This document shows positions 29,310-39,664 of a DNA stretch of 64,000 nt, piece by piece. Each line of letters begins with the position of its first letter. Within the stretch, counting starts at the first letter, position 1. A program made the position numbers and the translations under genes. Below the pieces are notes generated by a model that made no database searches, was not told where the DNA came from, and worked only from the letters and a program-made list of their open reading frames with translations. Source of the DNA: Kiloniellaceae bacterium (GTDB lineage: Bacteria; Pseudomonadota; Alphaproteobacteria; Kiloniellales; Kiloniellaceae); NCBI GenBank assembly GCA_040217155.1, contig JAVJNS010000026.1:94366-158365 (forward strand), given 5' to 3'.

Positions 29310-30320
29310 ATGCTTCGTGACGAATTGAAACATTGCGAAAGGACTCTCTCCGTCGCGCCGATGATGGACTGGACCGATCGTCACGACCGGGCATTCCTGC
29401 GCACCATCAGCAGGCGGACGCTGCTTTATACCGAGATGGTGACCAGCGGTGCCATCCTGCACGGTGACCGCGACCGCTTTCTCGCTTTTGACGACAGCGA
29501 ACATCCGGTGGCTCTGCAGCTTGGCGGGTCAGAACCGGCAGACTTGGCGTTTGCCGCCCACGAAGGCGCCCAACGCGGCTATGACGAGATCAATCTGAAT
29601 CTCGGCTGCCCCAGCGACCGGGTCCAGCGCGGGCGCTTTGGCGCTTGCCTGATGACCGAGCCAGGCTTGGTTGCCGACTGCGTGGCGGCGATGATCGATG
29701 CGGTGGACGTTCCGGTTACGGTGAAGACGCGCATCGGCGTCGACGACCACGATTCCTACGAGGCCCTGCAGGCTTTTGTCGAGCGGACCGCGGCTGCTGG
29801 CTGCCGCTCCTTCGCCATCCATGCCCGCAAGGCCTGGCTTAGCGGCCTGTCGCCCAAGGAAAACCGGGAAGTGCCGCCGCTGCGCTATGACATCGTCTAT
29901 GACCTGAAACGCGATTTTCCCGAGCTGGAGATCGTCATCAACGGAGGCATTCAGTCTCTTGAAGAGGCGGCGGCCCACCTGCGGAAAGTCGACGGCGCGA
30001 TGATCGGCCGCGCCGCCTATCAGTCGCCCTACATTCTGGCCGAAGCCGACCGACGCTTCTTCGGCACAACGGAGAAGCAGCGCAGCCGGGAGCAGATCGT
30101 CGCCGACTTTCTGCCTTACGTAGAGCGCCGGCTTACGGAGGGCGTGCCCTTGAAGTCAATTACCCGGCACATGCTGGGACTCTTCAACGGCCTGCCCGGC
30201 GCAAGGGCCTGGCGGCGCCACCTGTCAGAAGAGGCGCATAGGCCCGGAGCCGGACCCGAGGTGATCGAGCAGGCTCTGGATCGTTGGCGCCGCACCCAGG
30301 AACGACAGCGGGCCGCCTGA
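29310..30320 (+). CDS. dusA: tRNA dihydrouridine(20/20a) synthase
   Basis: SVAPMMDWTDRH, YTEMV, QLGGS, NLNLGCPSDRVQ.G.FGACLM, HARKAWL.GLSPKENR. Confidence 0.96.
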   Translation: MLRDELKHCERTLSVAPMMDWTDRHDRAFLRTISRRTLLYTEMVTSGAILHGDRDRFLAFDDSEHPVALQLGGSEPADLAFAAHEGAQRGYDEINLNLGCPSDRVQRGRFGACLMTEPGLVADCVAAMIDAVDVPVTVKTRIGVDDHDSYEALQAFVERTAAAGCRSFAIHARKAWLSGLSPKENREVPPLRYDIVYDLKRDFPELEIVINGGIQSLEEAAAHLRKVDGAMIGRAAYQSPYILAEADRRFFGTTEKQRSREQIVADFLPYVERRLTEGVPLKSITRHMLGLFNGLPGARAWRRHLSEEAHRPGAGPEVIEQALDRWRRTQERQRAA

Positions 30321-30360
30321 GCGGCCAGATCGAAGACTGTGGCGATGTAAGGGGAGCCAA

Positions 30361-32061
30361 GTGACCGACGACAAGAAACGCGGGCTGTTGACTGGCCTTA
30401 CGCATTACGGCGATCCGGACTTCGCCGCCTATCTGCGGCGCTCCTTCGCGCGGTCCATGGGCTATTCCGAGGAGATGCTGGGCCGCCCCATCGTCGGCAT
30501 AACCTGGACCGCCAGCGGGTTCAACAATTGCCATCGCGGTGTGCCGCAACTGGTCGAAGCGGCCAAGCGCGGTGTGCTGGCCGGTGGCGCTCTGCCGCTC
30601 GATTTTCCAGTGACCTCCCTGGGGGAGGTTTTCCTCAACCCCACCAGCCTGCTCTACCGCAACCTCATGGCCATGGATGTGGAGGAGATGGTGCGCGCCC
30701 AGCCGATGGACGCGGTTTTACTTGTCGGCGGCTGCGACAAGACCCTGCCGGCTTTGGTAATGGGGGCGATCTCCGCCGGCAAGCCGGCGATCGTGCTGGC
30801 CACCGGGCCGATGTCCACCGGGCGCTATCATGGCGAGCGCTTGGGGGCCTGTACCGATTGCCGGCGCTTCTGGGCGCAATACCGTGCCGGTGCACTGGAC
30901 GACAAGCAGATCACCGAGATTGAGGGAAATCTGGCGACGACACAGGGCACCTGCGCGGTGATGGGCACCGCCAGCACCATGGCCATTCTCTGCGAGGCAC
31001 TCGGGCTGATGCTGCCCGGCGGCGCGGCGGTGCCGGCGGTCCACGCCGATCGCCTGCGCCAGGCCGAGGCGAGCGGCCTGCGCGCCGCGCAGCTGGCCGG
31101 CAGCGAACTGACCTTCGACAGGATCATCACCGAAGCGGCGGTGGAGAACGCTCTGCGCGTCCTGCTGGCGATCAGCGGCTCGACCAATGCGGTGGTGCAT
31201 CTGGCGGCCATCTTCGGGCGCCTCGGGCTGCCCTTCGACATGGACCTGCTGAACCGGCTCAGCGACGAGACGCCGGTGCTGGTCGACCTGAAGCCGACCG
31301 GCGCCCACTACATGGAGGATTTCCATGCCGCGGGCGGCGCGCCGGCGGTGCTGAGGGCGCTGCGCGACCAGTTGAATCTCGACGTGCCCACGATCTCGGG
31401 TAAGTCGCTTGGGGAGGTGATCGAGGAGAGCGATCCCTGGGTCGACACAGGGGTCGTGCGCGCGCCGGAGAATGCGATATCACCGCAGGGCGGCCTCGTG
31501 GCTTTGAGTGGATCTCTGGCCCCCAAAGGCGCGATCCTGAAGCGCGCGGCGGCAACCGCGGAGCTTTTCGAACGCGAGGGGCGGGCTGTTGTGTTCACTT
31601 CGCTGGACGATCTGTCGCGGCGCATCGACGATCCCGATCTCGATGTCACGCCGGATGACTTTCTGGTGCTGCAGAATGCCGGCCCGCTGGCCAGCGGCAT
31701 GCCGGAAGCGGGATATCTGCCGATCCCGGCAAAGCTCGCGAGAGCGGGAGTGAAGGATATGGTGCGCATCTCCGACGCCCGCATGAGCGGCACGGCTTTT
31801 GGCACCATCATTCTTCATGTCTCGCCGGAAGCGGCGTTAGGGAGTCCGCTGGGTCTGCTGCGCGATGGCGACCGGATCCGCCTTTCGGTCAAGGAGCGCC
31901 GCCTCGATTTGATGGTCGAGGCGGCTGAGTTGGCGCGGCGCCGCGACGCTTTTTCGCCGGGCCCGCGGGTCGGTACCGAGCGTGGCTGGCGGCGCCTTTG
32001 GCACGACCACGTGCTGCAGGCCGAGGACGGCTGCGACCTGGACATTCTGCGCGGGCCCTAA
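30361..32061 (+). CDS. IlvD/Edd family dehydratase (sugar-acid dehydratase-like)
   Basis: FNNCH, GGCDKTLP, GACTDCRR, GTCAVMGTASTMA, SGSTNAVVHL, GMPE, ISDARMSGT, HVSPE. Confidence 0.9.
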   Translation: MTDDKKRGLLTGLTHYGDPDFAAYLRRSFARSMGYSEEMLGRPIVGITWTASGFNNCHRGVPQLVEAAKRGVLAGGALPLDFPVTSLGEVFLNPTSLLYRNLMAMDVEEMVRAQPMDAVLLVGGCDKTLPALVMGAISAGKPAIVLATGPMSTGRYHGERLGACTDCRRFWAQYRAGALDDKQITEIEGNLATTQGTCAVMGTASTMAILCEALGLMLPGGAAVPAVHADRLRQAEASGLRAAQLAGSELTFDRIITEAAVENALRVLLAISGSTNAVVHLAAIFGRLGLPFDMDLLNRLSDETPVLVDLKPTGAHYMEDFHAAGGAPAVLRALRDQLNLDVPTISGKSLGEVIEESDPWVDTGVVRAPENAISPQGGLVALSGSLAPKGAILKRAAATAELFEREGRAVVFTSLDDLSRRIDDPDLDVTPDDFLVLQNAGPLASGMPEAGYLPIPAKLARAGVKDMVRISDARMSGTAFGTIILHVSPEAALGSPLGLLRDGDRIRLSVKERRLDLMVEAAELARRRDAFSPGPRVGTERGWRRLWHDHVLQAEDGCDLDILRGP

Positions 32062-32251
32062 GTCAGAGCCATAACAAATACAGGTTGTAGTACTCTGAAT
32101 TGATCGCACACTATTTGGTGTGATTTGTGTACTGTCTGTGTTAACTGGCCTGAATCCACCGGTATTCTACCAGAGCGGCAGATTGCATTAGTGTCCGGTT
32201 AGGATTTCCTGTGCCAAGTTCGGCGGGAGGTAATCGAAGGCTATCCCGCCC

Positions 32252-32770
32252 ATGGCACGTGACAAACTACGCAATGACTCCGACGGGCGCTTGCCGCGCA
32301 ATGAGGCTCAACGGCTTGCCGCGCTGCGCGCCTGCGATATCGTTGGCACGCCGCGCGAGCCCTTCTTTGACCGCCTGACCTCCATGGCGGTATCGATTTT
32401 CGATGTCGAGATGGCCTTGATCAGCCTCGTCGAGAAGGACCGGCAGTGGTTCAAATCGACCGTCGGCCTGGATGTAAATGAGACTCCCCGGACAGTCTCC
32501 TTTTGCGCCCACGTCATTCTCCACGATCACGCCATGGTGGTTCCCGATGCCAAGCAGGACGAACGCTTTTTAGGGAACCCGCTGGTCACCGGCGCTCCCG
32601 ACATCCGGTTCTATGCCGGGGCGCCGCTGATTACCTTCGACGGGTTTCGCCTGGGCGCCTTCTGCGTCATCGACAGCCGGCCGCGCCCGGACGGCTTGAC
32701 GCAGAGACAAGTCGGGATTCTCACCGACCTTGCCGCGGTAGCGATGCACGAAATCGAACGCGGCCGCTAG
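32252..32770 (+). CDS. Stand-alone GAF domain protein
   Basis: EAQRLAAL, FDRLT, ALISLV..DRQWFKS, SFCAH, RFLGNPLV, IRFYAGAPL, LGAFCVID; no output domain. Confidence 0.88.
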   Translation: MARDKLRNDSDGRLPRNEAQRLAALRACDIVGTPREPFFDRLTSMAVSIFDVEMALISLVEKDRQWFKSTVGLDVNETPRTVSFCAHVILHDHAMVVPDAKQDERFLGNPLVTGAPDIRFYAGAPLITFDGFRLGAFCVIDSRPRPDGLTQRQVGILTDLAAVAMHEIERGR

Positions 32771-32958
32771 AGCAAGCGCAATCCGGTCAGCTTCTTCGGG
32801 CCTGAAAAGGGGCCAGGTAATCAGTACCGGTTGCGGTTCGAGGGTGCTTTGCCTCGACCTTGGGGCATTGAAATGGGCCATGATCCGATCGGACCATGGC
32901 CCAGAGACACCTTTGTCGCCGGGGCTCGACCGCCGCGGCGACAGACGGTAACGGCGAC

Positions 32959-33645
32959 TCAAACCACCTTGGTATGAAGCTCGCCGACGCCTTCCACATG
33001 GCCATGCAGCACGTCGCCGCGGACAATCGCCGAGACACCTGAGGGTGTGCCGGAAAGGATGATGTCGCCCGGCGCCAGTTCAAAGAGGCTGGAGAGATAG
33101 GAGATCATCTCCGGCACTTTCCAGATCATCTGACCCAGATCTCCTTCCTGACGCAGCTCTCCGTTGACTTTGAGCCAGACGGCGCCCTTGTCCGGGTGGC
33201 CGATCTCACTGGCGGGAGCCAGCTCGCTGCAAGGGGCGGAATGTTCGAAGGCCTTGCCGACCTCCCAGGGCCGGCCGGTTTTCTTGGCCGCACCCTGCAG
33301 GTCGCGCCGCGTCATGTCCAGGGCGACCCCATAGCCCCAGACGTGGTCGAGGGCCTTGTCGAGAGGGATGTCTGAGCCGCCCTTGTGCAGGGCTACGGCC
33401 ATTTCGATCTCGTGGTGCACATCGCTGGTCTGCGGCGGGTAGGGAAAGTCGGCGCCACTGGTGAGTAGATTGTCGGGATTCTTCTGGAAGAAGAAGGGAT
33501 CTTCCCGGTCCGGATCGTGTCCCATCTCGATGGTGTGGGCGGCATAGTTGCGCCCCACGCAGTAGATCCGGTGCACTGGGAAAAGGGAGTCGCTTCCTCG
33601 TACGGGAATACTGGCCCGCTCGAGGGGGGTAATTACGTAACTCAT
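32959..33645 (-). CDS. Fumarylacetoacetate hydrolase family protein (acylpyruvate hydrolase-like)
   Basis: RIYCVGRNYAAH, FFFQK, HHEIE, LDMTRRDLQ, WEVGK, GDIILSGTP. Confidence 0.92.
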   Translation of the reverse strand: MSYVITPLERASIPVRGSDSLFPVHRIYCVGRNYAAHTIEMGHDPDREDPFFFQKNPDNLLTSGADFPYPPQTSDVHHEIEMAVALHKGGSDIPLDKALDHVWGYGVALDMTRRDLQGAAKKTGRPWEVGKAFEHSAPCSELAPASEIGHPDKGAVWLKVNGELRQEGDLGQMIWKVPEMISYLSSLFELAPGDIILSGTPSGVSAIVRGDVLHGHVEGVGELHTKVV

Positions 33646-33726
33646 GCTGTTTCGTCTTTCATTTGGTCTGGCATGGGGGATTGGATTGTTTGGCTGCCTG
33701 GAGTTGCCGGCGAGATGTCGGCCACA

Positions 33727-34785
33727 CTATTCCAGCTGCGGGATTTGAAGCTCTCCGGCGATTTCCTGAAGAATTTTGACGAGGTTGGTGTGGAGAGGAA
33801 TTCCCTTCACGCTTCTGTCTTCGTAGATAGCGCCGCGCCGCTCGCCCGGAATGCGCACAGGGTCGTGACCAGGGAGCGGCGTGGATCCGCGCATTTCATC
33901 GAATACCGAATCGACATTGGCTTTGAATGCTTCGACGTCGGCGAAGGCGGCAACGGAAATCGCGGCGATGAACTGCCCGGTGTTGGTAGCCGTCTTGGTG
34001 TCTTTGGTAAAGTCTACGACGTCGCTGCCAAAGGCCGCTCCATTGAGGCACCCGGCCAGGAGGCCAATGGCCATGGCCAGTCCGTAGCCCTTGGCGCCCC
34101 CAATCGGCAGCAGAAAGCCTTCCTCGCGCCGCTTGGGATCGGTCAGGGGCTGGCCGTCGCGGCCGACCATCCAGCCTTCCGGCATCATCTCGCCACGCTG
34201 CGCCAGTGACTTGATCTTGCCGACCGCGGCGACCGTGGTCGCCATGTCCAAAACGAAGGGCGCCGCCTTGCCGGCAGGCACGGCGATGGCCATCGGGTTG
34301 GTGCCGAGCAGCAGATCCATGCCGCCGAAGGGCGGGACATGGTTGGCGCTGCCCACGGCCGCATAGATTCCGATCATGTCCCGCTCGACCGGCATATTGA
34401 CGTAGATCGAGGCCGGTCCGGCGTGATTGCCATTGCGCACACCGACCCAGCCGATGCCTCCCGCGCCGGCTTTCTTGATCGCCAACTCGGCCGCGAAGCG
34501 CATGGGCAGGTGCCCCAGGCCGTTGTCGCCGTCGACCACGGCCGTTGCCTGGTTCTCGTTTACCACAGCGACTTTGGGACGCGGGTTGGTGCCGCCGTCA
34601 CGCAGGCGGTCGACGTACTGGCGCAGCCGAAAGGTGCCATGAGTGTCATAACCGTAGAGGTCGGCTTTGACCATGAGCCCGGCAACGGCCTTGGCGTCAC
34701 TTTCTGGAACGCCGAGCCTGCCGAAGGCCGAGCACAGGAACTGCTCGACGGAAGCCGCGGGGTAGCGTTGAGCAACGCTGCTCAT
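33727..34785 (-). CDS. Ldh-2 family (type 2 malate/L-lactate dehydrogenase) oxidoreductase
   Basis: DLYGYDTHG, VDGDNGLG, RNGNHAG, LGTNP.AIA, LDMATT, GGAKGYGL, VRIPGE. Confidence 0.92.
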   Translation of the reverse strand: MSSVAQRYPAASVEQFLCSAFGRLGVPESDAKAVAGLMVKADLYGYDTHGTFRLRQYVDRLRDGGTNPRPKVAVVNENQATAVVDGDNGLGHLPMRFAAELAIKKAGAGGIGWVGVRNGNHAGPASIYVNMPVERDMIGIYAAVGSANHVPPFGGMDLLLGTNPMAIAVPAGKAAPFVLDMATTVAAVGKIKSLAQRGEMMPEGWMVGRDGQPLTDPKRREEGFLLPIGGAKGYGLAMAIGLLAGCLNGAAFGSDVVDFTKDTKTATNTGQFIAAISVAAFADVEAFKANVDSVFDEMRGSTPLPGHDPVRIPGERRGAIYEDRSVKGIPLHTNLVKILQEIAGELQIPQLE

Positions 34786-34815
34786 ACGGGCTCACCGAGC
34801 GAGCAGCACGGGCGT

Positions 34816-35571
34816 TTAAATGCGCGAGCCGGCATAGTATTCAACCTTGTGTTCCAGCCAACCGATGAGCGAGGAGAACACCAGCGCAAAGATGAAAAGA
34901 ATCAGCGTCAAAGCCCAGAATTCCTCGAACTGGAAGTTGTCGGAGAAGGTCCGGAACAGCCGCCCCAAAGCGACAACCGACACCAGCAACTGTCCGATCA
35001 CGATGCCTTTTACCGCACGAATCAGGCCCATGCGAATGCCGGCGAGGATCTCCGGCATGGCGGCCCAGAAGAGCACCTTCGAGAGCAGCTGCCAACGGCT
35101 GGCGCCGAAGGAGTGGCCCATTTCCGAAAGCGAGGGCGAGATGTGCCTTACGCCGGCATAGGTGTCGAGCGCGATAATCCAGATCGCGAAGAGCACCACT
35201 GTGACGATTATCGTTGTCGATCCGAGACCGAACAGCAGCATCAGCACCGGAACCAGCGAGGAAAGCGGCGCACTGGCGAAGATGTTGACCCACATGCCGA
35301 GAACGCTGTTGGCCATTCGATTGCGACCCATGAAGAAGCCGAGCGCAACGCCACCGACAATCGCGATGACCATCCCGATAGCAAAGGAGCGGAGAGTCTG
35401 CAGTGCGGCGGCGTGGAAATCAGGACGCTGTATCAGAAAGAAGAGTTGCTCCACCACGGCGGAGAAGGGCGGCAGGATAAACGCCAGGTCCAAGCGGCCG
35501 GCAATCTCCCACAGTGCGATCCAGATCAGCAGCGAGTAGGCTGGCGGTACGCGATATCCAAAGAGTGTCAT
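34816..35571 (-). CDS. NitT/TauT-type ABC transporter permease
   Basis: Multiple TM segments; EAA-like loop SFGASRWQLLSKVLFWAAMPEILAGIR. Confidence 0.9.
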   Translation of the reverse strand: MTLFGYRVPPAYSLLIWIALWEIAGRLDLAFILPPFSAVVEQLFFLIQRPDFHAAALQTLRSFAIGMVIAIVGGVALGFFMGRNRMANSVLGMWVNIFASAPLSSLVPVLMLLFGLGSTTIIVTVVLFAIWIIALDTYAGVRHISPSLSEMGHSFGASRWQLLSKVLFWAAMPEILAGIRMGLIRAVKGIVIGQLLVSVVALGRLFRTFSDNFQFEEFWALTLILFIFALVFSSLIGWLEHKVEYYAGSRI

Positions 35572-35581
35572 CGAACGGCCT

Positions 35582-36394
35582 TCAATCTAGATATTTACGC
35601 AGGTCGCTCCAGATTTCCTCGACGGTGTCGAGGTAATTCTTGTCGCGCCGGATGTCGTCGGGGCTCTTCGAGCGGCTGATTTCCGGCCTGATGATCGAGT
35701 GAATGCGGCCCGGACGGGGCGACAGCAGGACGATCTGGTCGGAAACGTAGACGGCCTCTTCAATGGAGTGGGTGACGAAGATCACCGTCTTCTTCTCCAC
35801 CGCGAGGAGGTGCAGGAGATCTTCCTGGAACTTCCTGCGGGTCTGCTCGTCGACGGCCGAGAAGGGCTCGTCCATCAACAGGACATCGGCGTCTACCGCC
35901 AGCGCCCGTGCCAGCCCGACCCTTTGGCGCATGCCGCCGGAGAGCTCATGGGGATATTTTTGCTCAAATCCCGAAAGCCCTACTTCGGCGATGTAGTGAC
36001 GCGCTTTCTCCTCGCGTTCAGCCTTGGGTTTGTGCGTGAGTTCCAGGCCGAAGGCGACATTGCGCAGCACCGTGGCCCAGGGCAGCAAGGCAAAGTCCTG
36101 AAAGACGAACGCCCGTTCCGGGCCCGGTCCTGTCACCGGCTCGCCTTTCACGAAGACCTCGCCGCCGCTGGCTTCCAGCAAGCCGGCAACGATTTTCAGC
36201 AGAGTCGTCTTGCCGCAGCCGCTGGGCCCCAGAAGCGTCGTCATCTGGCCGGTTGGAAAGCCCAGGTTGATGGAGTCCAAGGCATGAATATCGGAGCCGT
36301 AGTACTTCGTGATGTTACGGACCTCGACGATGTTTTCGTTCGACAAAGGCCGCATTTCGTCCGGCTGACGTATCGCAGTTGCACTAGACATCAT
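35582..36394 (-). CDS. NitT/TauT-type ABC transporter ATP-binding protein
   Basis: GPSGCGKT, VFQDFALLPW, LSGGMRQR, LLMDEPF, VTH. Confidence 0.95.
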   Translation of the reverse strand: MMSSATAIRQPDEMRPLSNENIVEVRNITKYYGSDIHALDSINLGFPTGQMTTLLGPSGCGKTTLLKIVAGLLEASGGEVFVKGEPVTGPGPERAFVFQDFALLPWATVLRNVAFGLELTHKPKAEREEKARHYIAEVGLSGFEQKYPHELSGGMRQRVGLARALAVDADVLLMDEPFSAVDEQTRRKFQEDLLHLLAVEKKTVIFVTHSIEEAVYVSDQIVLLSPRPGRIHSIIRPEISRSKSPDDIRRDKNYLDTVEEIWSDLRKYLD

Positions 36395-37212
36395 TGACCC
36401 TTCTTCTTTTCCGGCCGGAAGTAGTTCGTTTCGACCTTTTCCAACAGCCCGACCATGACGGCCGAGAAGACGATGATCGAGAATACCGCTGCATACATAT
36501 GCGCGTATTCAGCGATGGAGCGGTGATAGGAGATTATGTCGCCTAGGCCGGTTGGGGTAATCAGCAGTTCCGCCAGGATGACTCCGATGAAGCCGGCGGC
36601 GACGCCCAGCCGCAGGCCGGCGAAGATCACCGGAGCGGCATTGGGAATGATCACCTTGACGATTTCCTGCAGGCGGGTGCCCTGGAACGAGCGGCTCATC
36701 TGGATGAGCGTCGGGCTGGCATTGCGAACGGCCTTGTAGGTGTTCAGGACGATGATCGGAGAGGCGAGAATGATGACCGCTACCGTCTTTGCGGTGAGTC
36801 CGATCCCATAGGCGTAGGTGATGAGGGGAATGAGCGCCGCAACCGGCGACGCCTGAAGCACGACGAAGATCGGCTCTCCCATCCATTGAAAGAGGCGGTT
36901 GAGTCCCATCCCAACGCCAATGGCGATGCCGAAACCTCCCGAAATCAGAACGCCTATCGCCAAGGGCTGCAGGGTCTCGCCAAAGGCGCGGATCATCCGG
37001 CCATCGGCGGTCATCTCGAACAGCGCAAGCATCGTCGAACTGAAGGTTGGGAAGGCCACACTGATCGGCACCAATCCGCCGATCTCCCAGAGTACAAATA
37101 CTCCGATAATTGACAGTACCCGGTAGAGCGTGACGTTCTTGAGATCGGAGTTCGGATTGTCTGAAGCAGCCACTTCCACTGCCGCCGACGTCGGTGATGT
37201 TGCGGTGGACAT
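36391..37212 (-). CDS. NitT/TauT-type ABC transporter permease
   Basis: TM segments; SFQGTRLQEIVKVIIPNAAP loop. Start moved to ATG 37212. Confidence 0.9.
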   Translation of the reverse strand: MSTATSPTSAAVEVAASDNPNSDLKNVTLYRVLSIIGVFVLWEIGGLVPISVAFPTFSSTMLALFEMTADGRMIRAFGETLQPLAIGVLISGGFGIAIGVGMGLNRLFQWMGEPIFVVLQASPVAALIPLITYAYGIGLTAKTVAVIILASPIIVLNTYKAVRNASPTLIQMSRSFQGTRLQEIVKVIIPNAAPVIFAGLRLGVAAGFIGVILAELLITPTGLGDIISYHRSIAEYAHMYAAVFSIIVFSAVMVGLLEKVETNYFRPEKKKGQ

Positions 37213-37324
37213 CAGTCGATCTTTGAACCTCCTGTGACGGAAAGATGTGGCGACAGCGCCGTTGTCGATCTGTGAGCGCTGTCGCCAGTGGCAGGTCAGT
37301 CGTGCGTCAGCCTGAAATGGCTGG

Positions 37325-38329
37325 TTACATCTTGCCCAGCTTGTTGACGGCATCGTCTACAGGGGTGAGGTACCAGTAGTCCTCGACCTTGAGTGCCGCG
37401 GCATCACCGTCCAGCGATCCTGAAGTCGTGAAAAACACGAAATCTTCCTTGACCGACTCGGCACTGCCGCCGTTCGCCGGGTAGAGATCGATCTCCACCC
37501 CCTGGGTGAAGGCCGGAACCAGTTCGTCGACCTCGACCTTCTCGATATCGGGCAGTACGTTGTACTTTTCGCGCAGCGCAACGATAGAGCTGGGGTCCTC
37601 GTTGATCTCACGCCAGGTCTTGATCAATTCCTCGACCAGGATCGACACGGCTTCCTTCTCGCTCTCCAGCCAGTTCTTGTTGGCATAGAGGGCTTCGTCG
37701 GTGGCCTTTAGGTCCGGTAGTGGCAGGAAAACGAACTTGCCCGGAGCTTCGCGCTCCAGAAGGCGCTTGCGCTCATAGTCGACGATCGAAACATTGATCC
37801 GGCCCTGCAGGAGGGCGCCAGCCCGTACCCCAGATCCGGGCACATAGCTTACGGACTTGTAGGCAACGCCATTTTCCTTCGCCATGAGTTGCATGATGGC
37901 TTCGGTGCCGGAGCCGCGGCCGTGCACGGCGACATCGGCGCCGTCGAGGTCTTTCCAGCTCTTGTACATTTCGCCATTGACCACCGGATAGAAGCGCAGC
38001 ATCGAAAGCTGGTAGAACATTCGGATCGGCGCATTTACTTTCTGGATCAGCGCGTAGGGCGTGCCGACGCCGATATCGGCCTGGCCGCTGACGATCGCTT
38101 GTGCCGCAAGATCCTCGGATTGCAGGAAAGCCGTCTCGACCTTGACGCCACGCTCCTGGGCACGGGCAACGGCGATCATGAAGTTGACCATCTCGCCGCC
38201 GGGGACGTCACCGAAGGCGACGCGCATGGTGCCCTTTTCTTGAGCCGCAGCCGGCAGGGTCGCGACGCCGACTGAGGCTGCCAGGATAGCGGCCCCTGCG
38301 ACTGCTTTCAGATAACTGAGATTTTTCAT
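37325..38329 (-). CDS. ABC transporter substrate-binding protein (NMT1/TauA-like)
   Basis: Signal peptide ending LPAAA-QE, SWKDLDG..VAVHGRGS, ALLQGRI. GGGAGG RBS. Confidence 0.85.
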   Translation of the reverse strand: MKNLSYLKAVAGAAILAASVGVATLPAAAQEKGTMRVAFGDVPGGEMVNFMIAVARAQERGVKVETAFLQSEDLAAQAIVSGQADIGVGTPYALIQKVNAPIRMFYQLSMLRFYPVVNGEMYKSWKDLDGADVAVHGRGSGTEAIMQLMAKENGVAYKSVSYVPGSGVRAGALLQGRINVSIVDYERKRLLEREAPGKFVFLPLPDLKATDEALYANKNWLESEKEAVSILVEELIKTWREINEDPSSIVALREKYNVLPDIEKVEVDELVPAFTQGVEIDLYPANGGSAESVKEDFVFFTTSGSLDGDAAALKVEDYWYLTPVDDAVNKLGKM

Positions 38330-38398
38330 GTATTCCTCCCGTTCATGGATTTTGGTCATCCTTTGTGGATTTCGTTGACCGGAGTGTTGTTGGGTTTT

Positions 38399-39358
38399 TC
38401 AGGCAGCATTTGCCTCCGAAGAGGCCTCCCGGATGGTGTTCTGAAGCTGGCCGATTCCTTCAATCTCACAGGAGACACGGTCGCCGTCCTTCAGGAAGCA
38501 AGGCGGGTCCATGGCGTAACCGACACCGGAGGGCGTTCCCGTAGCCAGAATGTCGCCCGGCTCAAGGGTCATGCCTTCGGACAGGGATTCCAGCAGTTTG
38601 GGAATGGAGAACATCATCGATGAGGTGTTTCCATCCTGCCGCAATTGGTCATTGACCTTGAGGCTGATGCGCAGACTGTCGAAGCCCGGCAGTTCGTCGA
38701 GAGTGACGATGTGCGGGCCCATGGGGCAGGTCGTGTCGAGACCCTTGCCTTTCAGGAACTGGCCGCCGTGCCGGCGCTGGACGTCGCGGGCGGTAACATC
38801 GTTGATGATGGTGAAGCCGAAGATGTGATTGACGGCATCGGCCGCGCGGATGTCGCGCCCCGGCTTTCCGATGACGACGCCGAGCTCGACCTCGTAGTCC
38901 ATCTTTTGAGAAAGCTTTGAATCGAGCCGAATGGCGGCGCCCGGGCCAACGACCGCCGTCGGCGGCTTGGTGAAGAAAACCGGGTAGTCGGGAACCTTGT
39001 CTTCCTTGTTCTGGGCCCGGCTCGCTTCGGCAACGTGCGCACGGTAGTTGCTGCCGACGCAGAAAACATTCTTCAAAGGGCGGGGGATCGGCGCGAGCAG
39101 GGAAACCTGTGACGCTGACAAGCAAGCCGTCTCCAGCGCGCCGGCTTCGGCGTCGCGAAGAATCGCGGCGCAGGCCAGTTGCATGCTTTCGCCCTTGCTG
39201 ATGATGTCGAGAACGCGTTGGGGAGGATCGACATCGCGGTCGATCGAGCCGAGATCACGGGCCAGAGCGAAAGCCTTGCGAAGATCGACGATTCTTCCGT
39301 CACTGGCGACCAGACCCGGCAACTGCTCACTCTTGGATGCGAATGTCACAATGCGCAT
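38399..39358 (-). CDS. Fumarylacetoacetate hydrolase family protein
   Basis: NVFCVGSNYRAH, PVFFTKP, DYEVEL, NDVTARD, KGKGLDTTCPMGP, GDILATGTP.GVG. Confidence 0.93.
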   Translation of the reverse strand: MRIVTFASKSEQLPGLVASDGRIVDLRKAFALARDLGSIDRDVDPPQRVLDIISKGESMQLACAAILRDAEAGALETACLSASQVSLLAPIPRPLKNVFCVGSNYRAHVAEASRAQNKEDKVPDYPVFFTKPPTAVVGPGAAIRLDSKLSQKMDYEVELGVVIGKPGRDIRAADAVNHIFGFTIINDVTARDVQRRHGGQFLKGKGLDTTCPMGPHIVTLDELPGFDSLRISLKVNDQLRQDGNTSSMMFSIPKLLESLSEGMTLEPGDILATGTPSGVGYAMDPPCFLKDGDRVSCEIEGIGQLQNTIREASSEANAA

Positions 39359-39581
39359 AGATCAAAAGTCCCGTCGTTTTCCGAAGACAAGTGGCTGATA
39401 GTTGAGAATTTGGGTGCGGAGAACTGTGCCCAGCGACCTCGACCGTCGCCGCTGCCGTTTGCGACCGGTACGGCGCGGCGTCTGCCCGTCAAGGCGCAGC
39501 ATTTATTGTCCTCCCTGGCCTGCTCATTTCAATGGCGCCGAGTGAGGGGTGGCGCGCTGCAAGCTCCTTCTTGATGATCAA

Positions 39582-39611
39582 AGTCTAACCAATTCTTGAT
39601 TGGTTGCGCAA
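39582..39611 (-). promoter_or_regulatory. Putative sigma70-type promoter of the FAH/ABC/Ldh operon
   Basis: Minus strand TTGCGC-N18-TAGACT; the palindrome below fills the spacer. Confidence 0.35.
39587..39605. promoter_or_regulatory. Putative GntR/FadR operator
   Basis: Perfect palindrome AACCAAT-TCTTG-ATTGGTT plus another ATTGGT half-site at about 39621, in the divergent region upstream of the FadR-type gene. (A)TTGGT/ACCAA half-sites are typical of FadR-subfamily operators. Confidence 0.55.
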
Positions 39612-39635
39612 TTGATTTATATTGGTCAGCGATAA

Positions 39636-39664
39636 TTGACGTCGATACAGGCTGTGATTAGTGT
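39636..39664 (+). promoter_or_regulatory. Putative sigma70 promoter of the regulator gene
   Basis: TTGACG-N17-TAGTGT, ending 57 bp before ATG 39722. Confidence 0.4.

Noticed and set aside
29129-29400. dusA as a known genomic-island integration hotspot
   Set aside because: No integrase, att-like duplication or disrupted dusA 5' end is visible.
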